Under the pieces are notes generated by a model, which worked only from the letters and a program-made list of their open reading frames with translations, was not told the DNA's origin and did no database searches. A DNA stretch of 50,553 nucleotides, from the sequence record DRR378314_60. One strand, written 5' to 3'. Both the position numbers and the translations under genes were made by a program. Below, one piece after another: positions 1-10,487 of this stretch (the first letter of the stretch is position 1; the number at the start of each line of letters is the position of its first letter).

Positions 1-1255
1 GCTGACACAAGGAGTAACGACGGTGGTGGTGGGTAACTGTGGAATCAGCGCCAGCCCCGTGACGCTCGCTAGCGAAGTTCCCGACCCCATGAATTTATTG
101 GGCAAGCTAGAAGACTTTCGCTACCCAAGTTTCAGCGCCTATGCCAACGCCGTGGACGCTGCCGCACCCAGTATTAACGTCGCCGCCTTGGTGGGGCATA
201 CCAGTCTACGCAGCCAGGTGATGGATAGCTTTTCCCGGCCTGCGAATCGAGAAGAAATTGCCAACATGGAAGCGTTGCTAAGCCAAGCGCTGGATGAAGG
301 TGCATTAGGGCTTAGTTCGGGGCTTGCCTACCGCAACGCGATACACGCACCGACCACCGAAATGGCTCCCCTGGTGGCCGCCGTTGGGAAATCAGGCGGC
401 GTCTATACCACCCATCTTCGTGATGAGTTTGCGGGTCTGCTAGATGCCATGGACGAAGCATTTGCCACTGCTCGCAGTGGCCAGGTACCTCTGGTGATCT
501 CGCACCTAAAATGCGCCGGCGCGGGTAATTGGGGAGGCGCTGGTAAGGCGTTGGGTAAATTAGAGGCAGCCGCCCAACATCAGCATGCTCACTGCGACTG
601 CTACCCCTACACCGCTGGCTCCTCCACCCTAGACCTCGGCCAAGTGACAGATGAGATTGAGATCACCATTACCTGGTCGACACCGCACCCAGAGCAGGCG
701 CGCCGCCCACTTAAAGAGATCGCCGCCGAGTGGGGAGTATCTCTTTTAGACGCAGCCAAACAGCTACAGCCAGCGGGGGCGGTTTACCACAACATGAGTG
801 AAGCGGATATGCAGCAAGTGTTAGCGCATCCGCTCTCCATGGTCGGTTCCGATGGTTTACCGAACGACCCGCACCCTCACCCGCGTCTTTGGGGTGCATT
901 TCCGCGTGTACTGGCTCACTACAGCCGCGATTTAAAGCTAATGCCGCTGGCCGAAGCGGTGCGCAAAATGACCAGCCTTTCGGCAGCTAATTTTGGCCTA
1001 ACAGATCGCGGCATGATCCGCATAGGCGCCTACGCAGACCTCACCCTTTTTGATCTAAAAACTCTTGAAGATACGGCCAATTACGAGACCCCTATTGCGG
1101 CTGCTAGAGGCATCGAAATGGTCATAGTGAACGGCAAAATCGCCTATCACCAGGGCACAGTTTCAAACCAACGCGCGGGCAGGATGCTGCGCAGAACAGA
1201 GCGCATTTTGCAATCAATTCCCACCTTTCACCCCAACCAGGAGCAAACCTCATGA
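1..1255 (+). CDS. N-acyl-D-amino-acid deacylase (D-aminoacylase), 5' end outside the window
   Basis: Amidohydrolase motifs (V)VGNCG, THLRDE, ISHLK, DCYPY, GSDG, HPR.WGAFPR, GAYADL; the frame is open to the window edge. Confidence 0.9.
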   Translation, partial: LTQGVTTVVVGNCGISASPVTLASEVPDPMNLLGKLEDFRYPSFSAYANAVDAAAPSINVAALVGHTSLRSQVMDSFSRPANREEIANMEALLSQALDEGALGLSSGLAYRNAIHAPTTEMAPLVAAVGKSGGVYTTHLRDEFAGLLDAMDEAFATARSGQVPLVISHLKCAGAGNWGGAGKALGKLEAAAQHQHAHCDCYPYTAGSSTLDLGQVTDEIEITITWSTPHPEQARRPLKEIAAEWGVSLLDAAKQLQPAGAVYHNMSEADMQQVLAHPLSMVGSDGLPNDPHPHPRLWGAFPRVLAHYSRDLKLMPLAEAVRKMTSLSAANFGLTDRGMIRIGAYADLTLFDLKTLEDTANYETPIAAARGIEMVIVNGKIAYHQGTVSNQRAGRMLRRTERILQSIPTFHPNQEQTS

Positions 1256-1644
1256 GCATTACACGATACGGCACCGAAGGCGGCGTAGGCACCGGCGGTC
1301 AGAAGCTGCCCTTTGCCCGCGCTGTAGAGGCAGGTGGCTGGCTATACGTCTCCGGCCAAACTCCCATGACCGATGGCGAAGTCGTTGAAGGCGGCATTGT
1401 TGAGCAGACTCGCCTCGCCTTCAACAACTGCCTGGCCATTATGCATGAAGCTGGTTACGGCGTTGAAGATGTCGTACATGTCACCACCGTGCTCACCGAT
1501 GCGCGCTATTTCAGCTCTTTCAACAAAGTGTTTAAGGAGGTCTTTGGCGACAACCCACCGGCACGCATCTGCAGCGTTCAAGACTTGGTGGTGGATTGCA
1601 AAGTTGAGGTTGACGTGAAGTGCTTCCGCGCTGATCGCGCCTAA
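1252..1644 (+). CDS. RidA/YjgF family enamine/imine deaminase
   Basis: YVSGQ, FN.VF...F..PPAR and KVEVD motifs; 4-bp overlap with upstream gene; GGAG RBS. Confidence 0.9.
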   Translation: MSITRYGTEGGVGTGGQKLPFARAVEAGGWLYVSGQTPMTDGEVVEGGIVEQTRLAFNNCLAIMHEAGYGVEDVVHVTTVLTDARYFSSFNKVFKEVFGDNPPARICSVQDLVVDCKVEVDVKCFRADRA

Positions 1645-1801
1645 ACACCTAAAAATAACTACCACAAAAAAAAGCGCCGTACCCCGGCAAGGGCACAGCG
1701 CCAGATTACCGCGTGATTCAGATAAAAGCCCTGCGGTAATCGCTTCCATTGCCTACCTCCGGCCGCGGCAACGGCCGGATCAACAACGATAAGAGGTTAA
1801 C

Positions 1802-3301
1802 ATGAACAGCCAACTATTCCTTACCACCTTTGTGCTCTACATCGTCGCCATGATTGTGTTTGGTTGGTGGATTTCAAGACACAAACGGGGCAGCGGCGAC
1901 GACTTCTTGCTCGGCGGGCGAAGCGTACCGCTATTTCTTACCGTCGGCACCACGGTTGCCACCATGGTAGGTACTGGTTCAAGTATGGGTGCCGTTGGGT
2001 TCGGTTACGCCAACGGTTGGGCAGGCGCTTTATATGGCATTGGCGGCGCGATTGGGGTTTTGCTACTCGCCGTGTGTTTTGCCCCCGTTCGTAAGCTGCG
2101 TTTTATGACCATGAGCGAGGAGCTCGCCTATTACGTCGGCGCCAACCGGCTGGTGCGCAATGTGGTCGCGCTACTCATCTATATTGCCTGTATAGGCTGG
2201 CTGGGCGCCCATATTCTTGGCGGTGGCCTTTACCTCTCTTGGATGGCGGACATTGATCTAACGACTGCGCGTATTCTGGTTGCTCTGGGCTTCGGCATTT
2301 ACTGCGTGGTCGGCGGTTATTTCGCAGTTATCTGGACGGACACTATTCAAGCGGTCGTACTGTTCGCGGGCTTTATCTTAATGGCAGTGCTGGCGCTAGT
2401 AGAGGTTGGCGGCTTCTCAGGGCTTACGGCGGGTATGGATGCAGGCGCCACGAGCTTTCTAGGCATTGGTCAGATTGGCGGACTACCGGCGCTGTCACTG
2501 GCTGCCGTCATTGCCATTGGCGTGCTTGCTACGCCCTCCTTTCGTCAGCGCATCTACTCAGGCAAATCAGTCAAATCGGTACGCCGCTCGTTCTTAATCA
2601 CCGGCGTTCTTTACCTGGGCTTTTCGATCATTCCGGCGATTATTGGCATGGCCACCCACGCCCTTAACCCTGGGCTCGAAAACAGCAACTACGCTTTCCC
2701 TTTTTTAGCCACTGAAATCATGCCGCTTGGGCTGGGTTTGCTGCTGTTGGTAGCAGGCCTCTCCGCCACCATGTCGAGTGCAAGCTCCGATGCGATTGCC
2801 GGCGTTTCCACGCTGATTCGCGATCTGTATGTGCTGGCAACGGGCCGCACGCCCTCCGCACGAAATGTTGTACGCTTCTCACGTATTGCACTCGTAGCAA
2901 CCATTGGTCTGGCACTGCTGTTCGCACTAGCCTCGGATAATGTCATCACCTACATCACCCGTATGATCTCGACTATTCTGTCAGGGTTGTTTGTGAGTGC
3001 CATGCTCGGTCGCTTCTGGCCCCGCTACAACTGGCAGGGCGCGATCGCCACGCTAATTTGCGCGTCGGTGACTTCTTTAACGATTATCGCCAATAGCGAC
3101 TGGACAGCCTTCTGGGGTAACCCAAGCATTCCGGCGGTGCTTGTAGCACTGGTAGCAGGCGTGATTGTAAGTCTAGTGACACCCGCTTCCCGCGTTACCC
3201 CGGAGCAGGCGCTAGCGATTCTTGACCAAGAGCGCCAGCGAATGGAGCAAGTGCCCGAGCCAACACTCACCAATGATGAAGTGCCCGCTGCATCTCGCTA
3301 A
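1802..3301 (+). CDS. Sodium:solute symporter (SSS) family transporter
   Basis: About 13 hydrophobic segments; FLLGGRS, WTDTIQ, QRIYS and SATMSSASS motifs; AGAGG RBS. Confidence 0.9.
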   Translation: MNSQLFLTTFVLYIVAMIVFGWWISRHKRGSGDDFLLGGRSVPLFLTVGTTVATMVGTGSSMGAVGFGYANGWAGALYGIGGAIGVLLLAVCFAPVRKLRFMTMSEELAYYVGANRLVRNVVALLIYIACIGWLGAHILGGGLYLSWMADIDLTTARILVALGFGIYCVVGGYFAVIWTDTIQAVVLFAGFILMAVLALVEVGGFSGLTAGMDAGATSFLGIGQIGGLPALSLAAVIAIGVLATPSFRQRIYSGKSVKSVRRSFLITGVLYLGFSIIPAIIGMATHALNPGLENSNYAFPFLATEIMPLGLGLLLLVAGLSATMSSASSDAIAGVSTLIRDLYVLATGRTPSARNVVRFSRIALVATIGLALLFALASDNVITYITRMISTILSGLFVSAMLGRFWPRYNWQGAIATLICASVTSLTIIANSDWTAFWGNPSIPAVLVALVAGVIVSLVTPASRVTPEQALAILDQERQRMEQVPEPTLTNDEVPAASR

Positions 3302-3321
3302 TTGTTAGCCAGTAGTGCGCC

Positions 3322-3360
3322 AAAAAGCCCCGCTGATGAATTACCTCAGCGGGGCTTTTA
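3322..3360. terminator. Bidirectional intrinsic terminator
   Basis: AAAAAGCCCCGCTGA-loop-TCAGCGGGGCTTTT between convergent genes. Confidence 0.8.
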
Positions 3361-3475
3361 TAACCCATTGGCGGGGCTGGGCACGCGATCGATAATCCAT
3401 TGGGCATCCTTACGAGTCGAGACAATCCGGGGAAGTCTCTGGCGGGTTCAACACTGTTTTGGATTTAGCGGGGGA

Positions 3476-4741
3476 TTAGGTAAGCCCAAGTAGGGCTTCT
3501 GCTAACTTAACGTCATCGTAACGGTCTATATCAGCGTTATCCGCTGCAAGATCCGTATCGATAATTTGAATGCCCATCTGCTTGCTGATAATTTCCATCT
3601 GCTCAGTTGAAACACTCAGTAACTGCGAATCAAACAGCAGAAAGTCTATTAAGGGTCGTTCTGGCGACCTCGCTTGAGGTTTGAATGACATAGACTTGAA
3701 TGGCACTGGTTTGAGTGACAAGTGGTGATTGAGCATTCTGATCTGGTCAACCAACGTCATCCCAAACGTTTCAAGATCGGTTCCCAAACTAGGCACATAC
3801 ACCCTCGGCGCTGGATTTTTAGCCAATGCTTTGGTCACGCCTTTGGGGAGTAAATTGGCAATAATGCTGCTGTAAAGACTACCCGGTGGAAAAACCAGCA
3901 GCTCAGCAGAGTCGATGAGTAAGCGAGTTTCTTTACAAACTTTGGAGACATCCAAAGTATCGATATCATCCGCTTCCCCCGATAGTTTTATCGATTTAAT
4001 GGGTGAATCAATTTTTGCTGTTTCTTTGCCGGTAAAGCAATGCTGCCCGATAATTGTCTGGCCATTCTCTAACAACACCTCTAGCTGAAGGTCAGCGTCA
4101 GTTGTTGTGCGAACAGTGCCGCGTGTTTTGATGAGCTGACCAAATAGAAAAGCAATCGGGTCCAGTGAGCGATTGTGAATAAGGTAGCCACCGGTCAAGA
4201 TCAAGTTCCCCACGCTGGCCCCAGCGAGGTCAAAATCCTGTGGCATGTGTTTATAAAACGCAGTGATATAACTCTGAATCAGCGACCGCATAGGCTCTGC
4301 AATCGCCTTGAGCAGTGGATGCTTAGCGCTCACCAGGGCCTGTAGGCTTTGCTCCAGCACGGCCTTCTCTTCGCTTTCTTTCAGCTCATTAGCCGTCAGA
4401 CGATGCGAAAACAGTGCAGCAACGTCAGGATGGCCAGTCACCGAATCGTCAGCCAATGAAAGTAACCGAGCTCGCAAGTCTCCAACGGCAGGCATCGCAA
4501 AAGCTCGACGCAATTCGGCGGAGCTGCCACCAGAGTCAAAAGGGGTCACAAGATGAATCGAATTATGAGTGTAGTCTGTCAGTACCTCAGAGAAGTGCCT
4601 GAGTGCCGAACCACCGCTGAAAAAAAGTATTTTTGGCCCTAGTTCCGGCGTTTTACGGTATCTGGCAAGACGCAAATCCTGCCCCTGAGAAAGCTCTCGG
4701 GGCATATTAACATGAGCACAAGTAAAGCGATTTTTCTTCAT
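3476..4741 (-). CDS. GAK system CofD-like protein (CofD/YvcK family)
   Basis: LFFSGGSA, VTPFDSGGSS, PAVGDLR, ASVGNL and PPGSLYSSI motifs; adjacent to the GAK ATP-grasp, kinase and amphi-Trp genes; start taken at MKKNRF. Confidence 0.85.
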   Translation of the reverse strand: MKKNRFTCAHVNMPRELSQGQDLRLARYRKTPELGPKILFFSGGSALRHFSEVLTDYTHNSIHLVTPFDSGGSSAELRRAFAMPAVGDLRARLLSLADDSVTGHPDVAALFSHRLTANELKESEEKAVLEQSLQALVSAKHPLLKAIAEPMRSLIQSYITAFYKHMPQDFDLAGASVGNLILTGGYLIHNRSLDPIAFLFGQLIKTRGTVRTTTDADLQLEVLLENGQTIIGQHCFTGKETAKIDSPIKSIKLSGEADDIDTLDVSKVCKETRLLIDSAELLVFPPGSLYSSIIANLLPKGVTKALAKNPAPRVYVPSLGTDLETFGMTLVDQIRMLNHHLSLKPVPFKSMSFKPQARSPERPLIDFLLFDSQLLSVSTEQMEIISKQMGIQIIDTDLAADNADIDRYDDVKLAEALLGLT

Positions 4742-4812
4742 ACAACCCTTTGAATTGTAACGAAAACGTAACATAAAAAATGGCACAGTTACTTATAGTA
4801 ATCCCCCCTTGA

Positions 4813-6444
4813 TTGACACTTTTTACGGTGAGGCAGTCTATCAACGCATCAATTCTAGAGCATTTTTATTTTCTACGATTCGAAGTCGAAAATCACTTCG
4901 AGTTAGTTGAAGTTTATGTGACTCAGCCAAGTGGCTCTATTGCGCGACGCCTAATTAATCGCAAGGGTTACCGGAACACGCTACTGGAGAAAGTTGAACT
5001 TGCCGTAGCGGTTGATGTACATCGACGTAAAGTCGACGGTGCAGGTTTTCAACAATCCAAGTCGCTTGAGCGCTTGGCAAGATTGCTTGACCAACTGGGG
5101 CAGGCCTGCCAAGAGTTTACCGCTATCAATGCTCTGAAACAGCTCCCAGACAAGTCACGTAAAGAGTATGCCAAGCTGATTCGATCGATAGGTAAATCAT
5201 TGAAGCTGGTGATGATTAATGTCGATGATGCAAACACTCGACAAGGCCTGAAAGTCGGTCACCGAATTCCCAAAATAACCGCCCGCTTAACCGCTGCTTT
5301 CGAGCCTGGCGCTTCGGGCATGCGTAACAACGCCGTAGTGGATTTTCAACTTCACCGCATGATTCATCTACTTTCGGAGCTTGCCGACGCCCTACTCTCC
5401 GCTAACTTTGGCCCCGCCGTACGCTTACAAAACTACAAGCAGCTGCAAAACGCCGCTCACGTAATGACCGCCCAGAGTGACGATTTTACCGTTGAGCGGC
5501 TGGCGCTTACCCGCAGCGGCAGCACCATCGCTACCCTTAAAGCCGAGCACGCCACCTCTGGCAAAATGATGGCAGTCTACAAAGAGGGGGAGAGTCAGAA
5601 AGTAATTGAAGAGCTTTACGGGGTAGACCAATGGAAGCGGATCTACCCCAAGGTGGCGCCCACGGTGCTCTCGCATCATGTCGAGCAGGGGGATGAGCTG
5701 GGTTCGATGGTGATCGAACACCTCCCCGGCCGTACGCTTGAATCACTGCTGTTAAACGGCCAGTGGAAATCGGCCAAGCAACTTACCCGCACACTCCAGC
5801 GGACGTTGAGGAAAATCTGGAAGACGTCACGTACCAACGAATCTGCTCAGCCCGAGTATATGCAGCAGTTGCGTAAACGGATGCCGGAAACCCGCCACAC
5901 TCACCCCAGTCTGCTTAGTACGGGCCAGCTAATTTGTGGACTGTCTCGACCAAGCTTTGACCAGTTGATCGATCACGTTGAAAACCTTGAGCAGCACATC
6001 CGGGCACCGTTTTCAGTCCTGATCCACGGTGACTTCAACGTCGACAACATTATTTATGACGAATTCAAAGACCGTATCTATTTTATCGATCTGCACCGAG
6101 CCTCTTACTCTGACTATGTTCAGGACTTATCAGTACTCATGGCATCCATTTATCGGCTGCCCATTATGGATGTTTCCCCACGGGCCGAGTTAATGGCATT
6201 GATCCGACAGCTATATCAATTTGCGTGTCGATTTGCCAAAGACAATAAAGATACAAGTTTTGATGCGCGTCTAGCCATTGCATTAGGGCGCTCCTTTGCG
6301 ACATCCACGCGCTTTATATATGACAAAAGCTTTGCCAACCGACTCGCGCTAAGAGCGAGCTACCTGCTAGAAGCAATCACACTTCTGAACCCTGAAGAAC
6401 TTGAGAACTACAGGTTTCCCCTAGAGGACATTTTTAATGACTAA
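4813..6444 (+). CDS. Aminoglycoside-phosphotransferase-like kinase with helical (PhoU-like) N-terminal region, GAK-associated
   Basis: Catalytic IHGDFNVDN and FIDLHR motifs plus VYKEG lysine; TTG start uncertain; PhoU-like call is tentative. Confidence 0.75.
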   Translation: MTLFTVRQSINASILEHFYFLRFEVENHFELVEVYVTQPSGSIARRLINRKGYRNTLLEKVELAVAVDVHRRKVDGAGFQQSKSLERLARLLDQLGQACQEFTAINALKQLPDKSRKEYAKLIRSIGKSLKLVMINVDDANTRQGLKVGHRIPKITARLTAAFEPGASGMRNNAVVDFQLHRMIHLLSELADALLSANFGPAVRLQNYKQLQNAAHVMTAQSDDFTVERLALTRSGSTIATLKAEHATSGKMMAVYKEGESQKVIEELYGVDQWKRIYPKVAPTVLSHHVEQGDELGSMVIEHLPGRTLESLLLNGQWKSAKQLTRTLQRTLRKIWKTSRTNESAQPEYMQQLRKRMPETRHTHPSLLSTGQLICGLSRPSFDQLIDHVENLEQHIRAPFSVLIHGDFNVDNIIYDEFKDRIYFIDLHRASYSDYVQDLSVLMASIYRLPIMDVSPRAELMALIRQLYQFACRFAKDNKDTSFDARLAIALGRSFATSTRFIYDKSFANRLALRASYLLEAITLLNPEELENYRFPLEDIFND

Positions 6445-7339
6445 AAAGCGGATTGCAGTTATCGGGATACCTGGCAAGTGGTCAACCGAAGTTCTTGCAA
6501 ATCACTTGGAAAAGCACACCGGCTTCCGCTGCATCGTCGATATGTCTGAAGTAGTGCTAGAGCTAGAAACAGGCAAGCTACGTTATCGAGACATTGTTCT
6601 CAACGAGCTTGATGGGGTGATCATCAAAAAAATAAGCGAAACGTACTCCCCTGCTGCAGACGATCGTTTACGGATGCTTAACAGCCTTGAAGCGGATGGT
6701 GTGCGCTGCTTCAGCAGCCCAGGCGAGGTAATGCGTTTAATTAATCGTCTGGAGGGCACTGGCGCATTAGCCGCGGGCGGCATTGCTCTACCATCAACAC
6801 GTGTTACGGAAAGTATTGAGGCTGCATTAAAGGCCATCAAGGCGTTCGGAACAGCAATCCTAAAACCACTCTACTCGACCAAAGCCCGAGGCATGGTGGT
6901 GTTAAAAGCGTCCGATGGTGTCGCGACCAACACACAAAAGTTGAATAAGTTTAAGTCTAAACATGGACTTTTTTATCTACAGAAATTCGTTAATTTAGGT
7001 GGTCAGGACTTAGGCATGGTCTTTCTGGGCGGCCAGTATTTATGCACCTATGCCCGTGTTGCCAGTGGCGATGCATGGAACACAACGATACACAGCGGTG
7101 GAAAGTATCAAGCCTATGAGCCAAGCCAGGAACTGATTGAGCTTGGCCAAAAAGCCCAGTCATGCTTCACGCTAAGCTTTACCACCGTAGATATTGCATT
7201 GACCGATGAGGGCCCTGTGGTATTTGAGGTTTCGGCCTTTGGCGGATTTAGCGGCGCGTTAAAAGGCTGCGGCATCGATGCCAGCGAAAAGTTATGTGAT
7301 TATGTCCTTAGCCAACTTGAAGTAGAGGCCAGCGAATGA
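6437..7339 (+). CDS. GAK system ATP-grasp enzyme (RimK-like)
   Basis: IGIPGKWSTE N-terminus; ILKPLYSTKARG, YLQKFV, WNTT..SGG and VFEVSAFGGF motifs. Confidence 0.9.
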   Translation: MTKKRIAVIGIPGKWSTEVLANHLEKHTGFRCIVDMSEVVLELETGKLRYRDIVLNELDGVIIKKISETYSPAADDRLRMLNSLEADGVRCFSSPGEVMRLINRLEGTGALAAGGIALPSTRVTESIEAALKAIKAFGTAILKPLYSTKARGMVVLKASDGVATNTQKLNKFKSKHGLFYLQKFVNLGGQDLGMVFLGGQYLCTYARVASGDAWNTTIHSGGKYQAYEPSQELIELGQKAQSCFTLSFTTVDIALTDEGPVVFEVSAFGGFSGALKGCGIDASEKLCDYVLSQLEVEASE

Positions 7340-8436
7340 CCCATCTGTTTGATGAGAAGCAAATAATGCTGGCTAAGGCTGCTTGTCTCTACGAGCTACC
7401 GTTGGTGTTCCACGGACTTACACTGCGTGTGCTGGCTGATAACCCAGCTATTCTGGACTATCTTAAGCAGTACTACGCCAGCTTGACGGCAAGCTCCTCT
7501 CCTCACACGTCCCCTCCTCACACTGAACAACGGATATTCCTGCTAGATAGGCAGTTTGATACCAGCGGGATCGATTGGATGCCCGTTAAGCGCAACAAAA
7601 GCAGTTCTCTTGGCCTAAAAGAAGCCTATGTGGATACACCAATAGGACGCTGGATACATAAAGTACGTACGGGAATGGTGCTATTCCAGTCGTTAACCGA
7701 CCCGGTTGCGACTGGCGATTTAACCCAACATCGATCTCAAGTAGTCAATTTTATCAACAACCAGTTTCTTAATTATCATCAGCGTGACGGCTACCTATTG
7801 GGCCACGCATCAGCCTTTGACATTAATGGCAGCACCACCGCCATTGCCGCGAGTTCAGGTGGCGGAAAATCGACATTAATGCTGAAAGCGCTAGAGAGTG
7901 AAAAAGCGTGCTTTCTCTCTAATGATCGGATTTTGTTTAAGCCACAAGAGGGTCAGGTCAATGTTATCGGTGTCGCCAAACACCCGCGCGTTAACCCTGG
8001 CACGCTGCTTAACTCTGAACGCTTGGTTGCGCTGCTTACCAGCGAGGAGTGCGCCAAGCTGGACCGCATGCCGAAAAGTCAGCTGTGGGATCTTGAGCAG
8101 AAATATGATGTGCTGATCCCCAACGCCTACGGCGAGAACAAAACTGCTATTTCTGGAAAGCTACGTAATCTGGTACTCCTTGACTGGTCCTTAAGCTCAC
8201 TGGAACCCACACGTTTGAGCAGTGTGGATAGCGATAAAACGCCGGAGGCACTTGAGGGTTTACGCAAGAGCCCAGGAGCATTTTTTCAGCAGGCGGATGG
8301 CCGTTTCCCTCCCGAACAGACTCAATCTGTCGAGACCTATGCCGATAACTTACGGGGCGTTCAGGTACTGCGCCTTACCGGCAGCATAGACTTTGAGCGT
8401 GCCATTGAACTGCTGCAAGCCAAAGGCATTCTCTGA
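7336..8436 (+). CDS. HprK-related kinase B (GAK system)
   Basis: GHAS, Walker A AASSGGGKST, FLSNDR and PRVNPGT motifs. Confidence 0.85.
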   Translation: MTHLFDEKQIMLAKAACLYELPLVFHGLTLRVLADNPAILDYLKQYYASLTASSSPHTSPPHTEQRIFLLDRQFDTSGIDWMPVKRNKSSSLGLKEAYVDTPIGRWIHKVRTGMVLFQSLTDPVATGDLTQHRSQVVNFINNQFLNYHQRDGYLLGHASAFDINGSTTAIAASSGGGKSTLMLKALESEKACFLSNDRILFKPQEGQVNVIGVAKHPRVNPGTLLNSERLVALLTSEECAKLDRMPKSQLWDLEQKYDVLIPNAYGENKTAISGKLRNLVLLDWSLSSLEPTRLSSVDSDKTPEALEGLRKSPGAFFQQADGRFPPEQTQSVETYADNLRGVQVLRLTGSIDFERAIELLQAKGIL

Positions 8437-9128
8437 TGGTGGCACTGGCCCTAATCAGGCATGGTGAGTACGCACAACGGGCGGACACACCCAGCGCTCT
8501 ACAGCCTTATCCGTTGACCGATAAAGGGGCAGCAGACGTTAGACAGCAAGCTCGGCAATTCGGCGAGTGGCTATCTATGTCAGGCTACCAACTGAATAGC
8601 GAAATACACTCCTCGACACTGTTAAGGGCCTGGCAAACAGCTGAGATCTACCGCGAAGAGCTAGCAACACTCTTTGCAGAGCCCCCCTGCTCACGCAGCT
8701 TCTCAGCCCTTTGTGAACGCAGTGTTGGAGCGCTGGCCAACCTCAGTGTTAAGGAAATAGAAAGGATCGTTGCCCAGGATCCTCGCCTAGCGCCCTTACC
8801 AGAAGGCTGGAAATCAGCCAGCCACTTCAAGCTGCCTTTCGAGGGTGCAGAATCCCTGATCGAAGCAGGCGAACGAGTCGCGGCACACTTAACAGCACTT
8901 TTAAAGACACCATCACGATGCGCAGCGGATAACCGACTACAGCTGGTTGTTGGCCATGGCGCATCCATACGTCACGCTAGCTATCATTTAAATGTCATAC
9001 CCTTCTGCGATATTAAGCGGTTAAGTATGTTTCACGGGCATCCCGTCGTTTACGAGCAACAGGCGGAAGGCTGGAACCGATTGTATGGAAACTGGAAGCA
9101 CCGACACTTGGCAGACCCAATCGATTAA
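8436..9128 (+). CDS. Histidine phosphatase family protein
   Basis: LIRHGE, SSTLLRAWQTA, ES and VGHG motifs. Confidence 0.85.
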   Translation: MVALALIRHGEYAQRADTPSALQPYPLTDKGAADVRQQARQFGEWLSMSGYQLNSEIHSSTLLRAWQTAEIYREELATLFAEPPCSRSFSALCERSVGALANLSVKEIERIVAQDPRLAPLPEGWKSASHFKLPFEGAESLIEAGERVAAHLTALLKTPSRCAADNRLQLVVGHGASIRHASYHLNVIPFCDIKRLSMFHGHPVVYEQQAEGWNRLYGNWKHRHLADPID

Positions 9129-9131
9129 AAG

Positions 9132-10487
9132 GTGGCGACTTATAAGATGGCGACGATGACCGCGTTGGACTTTATTCCGAAGGTAAGCAAGCAACCGTAT
9201 CATGATGCTATCTTGGCGCGCCTGCCGACAGATTGGGTCCCCTGGCCTAATGACCAAAGCTCGGTCAACCATGATGATGCATTGAGCACCTTTCTAAAGC
9301 GTTCACGGAAAAGCTGCTTTGCCTGGCCCAAGCAGCCTGTCGTATTTATCTCCGACCCTCACGCCGATGCCGAGGCTTTTGAGGCCTCATTAATTGCCGC
9401 AGGGGTGATTGAGCGAGATGGGCCCCACCCGTGTGAATACGAGCTGACAAAGTTCGGTACAAAAGCGGAAATTGTGGTGGGTGGAGACTGTCTGGACAAA
9501 GGGCCGAGCAACCTGACGATGCTACGCAGTTTAGCTCACTTATACCGCCTCAACGCGAACATCACCCTGCTTGCCGGCAACCATGATTTACGCTTGCTCA
9601 TGGGGCTACTATCCCTGAAACGCGAGACGGATGCCGGAAGCCAGCATCTCTTTGTTCGCATGGGAAAGAAAGTGGTTCCACTGTTCAAAGAAGTCTTCGA
9701 CCAGTACTTAGCCGATACTCAATGGGACAGAGAGATACCTTCTGAGGCTGCATGCCGTAAAGCCCTGTTCCCAAGCGAGGCATGGTTCGAGAACTTCCCT
9801 TTCTATGCCGCAGGTTTTCTTACCCCTGAAGGTATCGATCGTGAAATTAGCAAGATGGAGAGCAAAGCCCAGAGTTTTGAGGCACATTGCGCAAAAGTCG
9901 ACCTATCACTCCAGCAAGTCTACGCGGCTGCCATGAAATGCCGCTCGCTGTTCCTAAAAGAATCAGGCGAGTTTGGCTGGTTTTTTCGCCGGATGCAGCT
10001 CGTAAAGAAGCGTGGCTCATTTCTGTTCCTGCATGCTGGTCTTGACGACAAGATGGCCGAACTACTCGCTAATCATGGCGTAAAGCATGCCAATCAAGCC
10101 TTCAAAAAGAACCTGTTGAGCCAAAATTTATTCAGCTTTTATTATGGCTCACTCGCCAATACCTTCAGAACGAAATATCGCAAAGTCGACCTACCCCTTA
10201 CTCCGTACGGCGCCAACGTTGCTCGCCGGGCGGGTATTCAAGTACTCGTTCACGGTCATATCAACCAGCACTTTGGGCAACGAGTAACGCTTAAAAACGG
10301 TCTCATCCATATCGAAGCCGATATCACTCTGGATGCTCACTCCAGAAAAAATGAAGGGCTAGATGGCCAGGGTGTCGGAGTAACACTCATTGATAAAAAA
10401 CGCGGTGTTATAGGCCTTAGCTGCGATTACCCCCAGGCAAAAGTGTTCAAACCCAACCACAAAGGAAAACTGGCGGGAGCTAACTAA
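9132..10487 (+). CDS. Calcineurin-like metallophosphoesterase
   Basis: SDPHAD, GGDCLDKG, AGNHD, LHAG and HGH motifs; true start may be ATG 9147 or 9156. Confidence 0.85.
   Translation: MATYKMATMTALDFIPKVSKQPYHDAILARLPTDWVPWPNDQSSVNHDDALSTFLKRSRKSCFAWPKQPVVFISDPHADAEAFEASLIAAGVIERDGPHPCEYELTKFGTKAEIVVGGDCLDKGPSNLTMLRSLAHLYRLNANITLLAGNHDLRLLMGLLSLKRETDAGSQHLFVRMGKKVVPLFKEVFDQYLADTQWDREIPSEAACRKALFPSEAWFENFPFYAAGFLTPEGIDREISKMESKAQSFEAHCAKVDLSLQQVYAAAMKCRSLFLKESGEFGWFFRRMQLVKKRGSFLFLHAGLDDKMAELLANHGVKHANQAFKKNLLSQNLFSFYYGSLANTFRTKYRKVDLPLTPYGANVARRAGIQVLVHGHINQHFGQRVTLKNGLIHIEADITLDAHSRKNEGLDGQGVGVTLIDKKRGVIGLSCDYPQAKVFKPNHKGKLAGAN

Noticed and set aside
3358-3450. Minus-strand frame ending ...DAQWIIDRVPSPANGL-stop directly at the terminator, a possible remnant of a gene displaced by the GAK locus
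   Set aside because: About 30 codons with no start and no recognisable homology; cannot be supported without a search.
4781-4796. Possible sigma-54 promoter (TGGCAC) upstream of the GAK operon
   Set aside because: The -12 TTGC element is absent at the required spacing.
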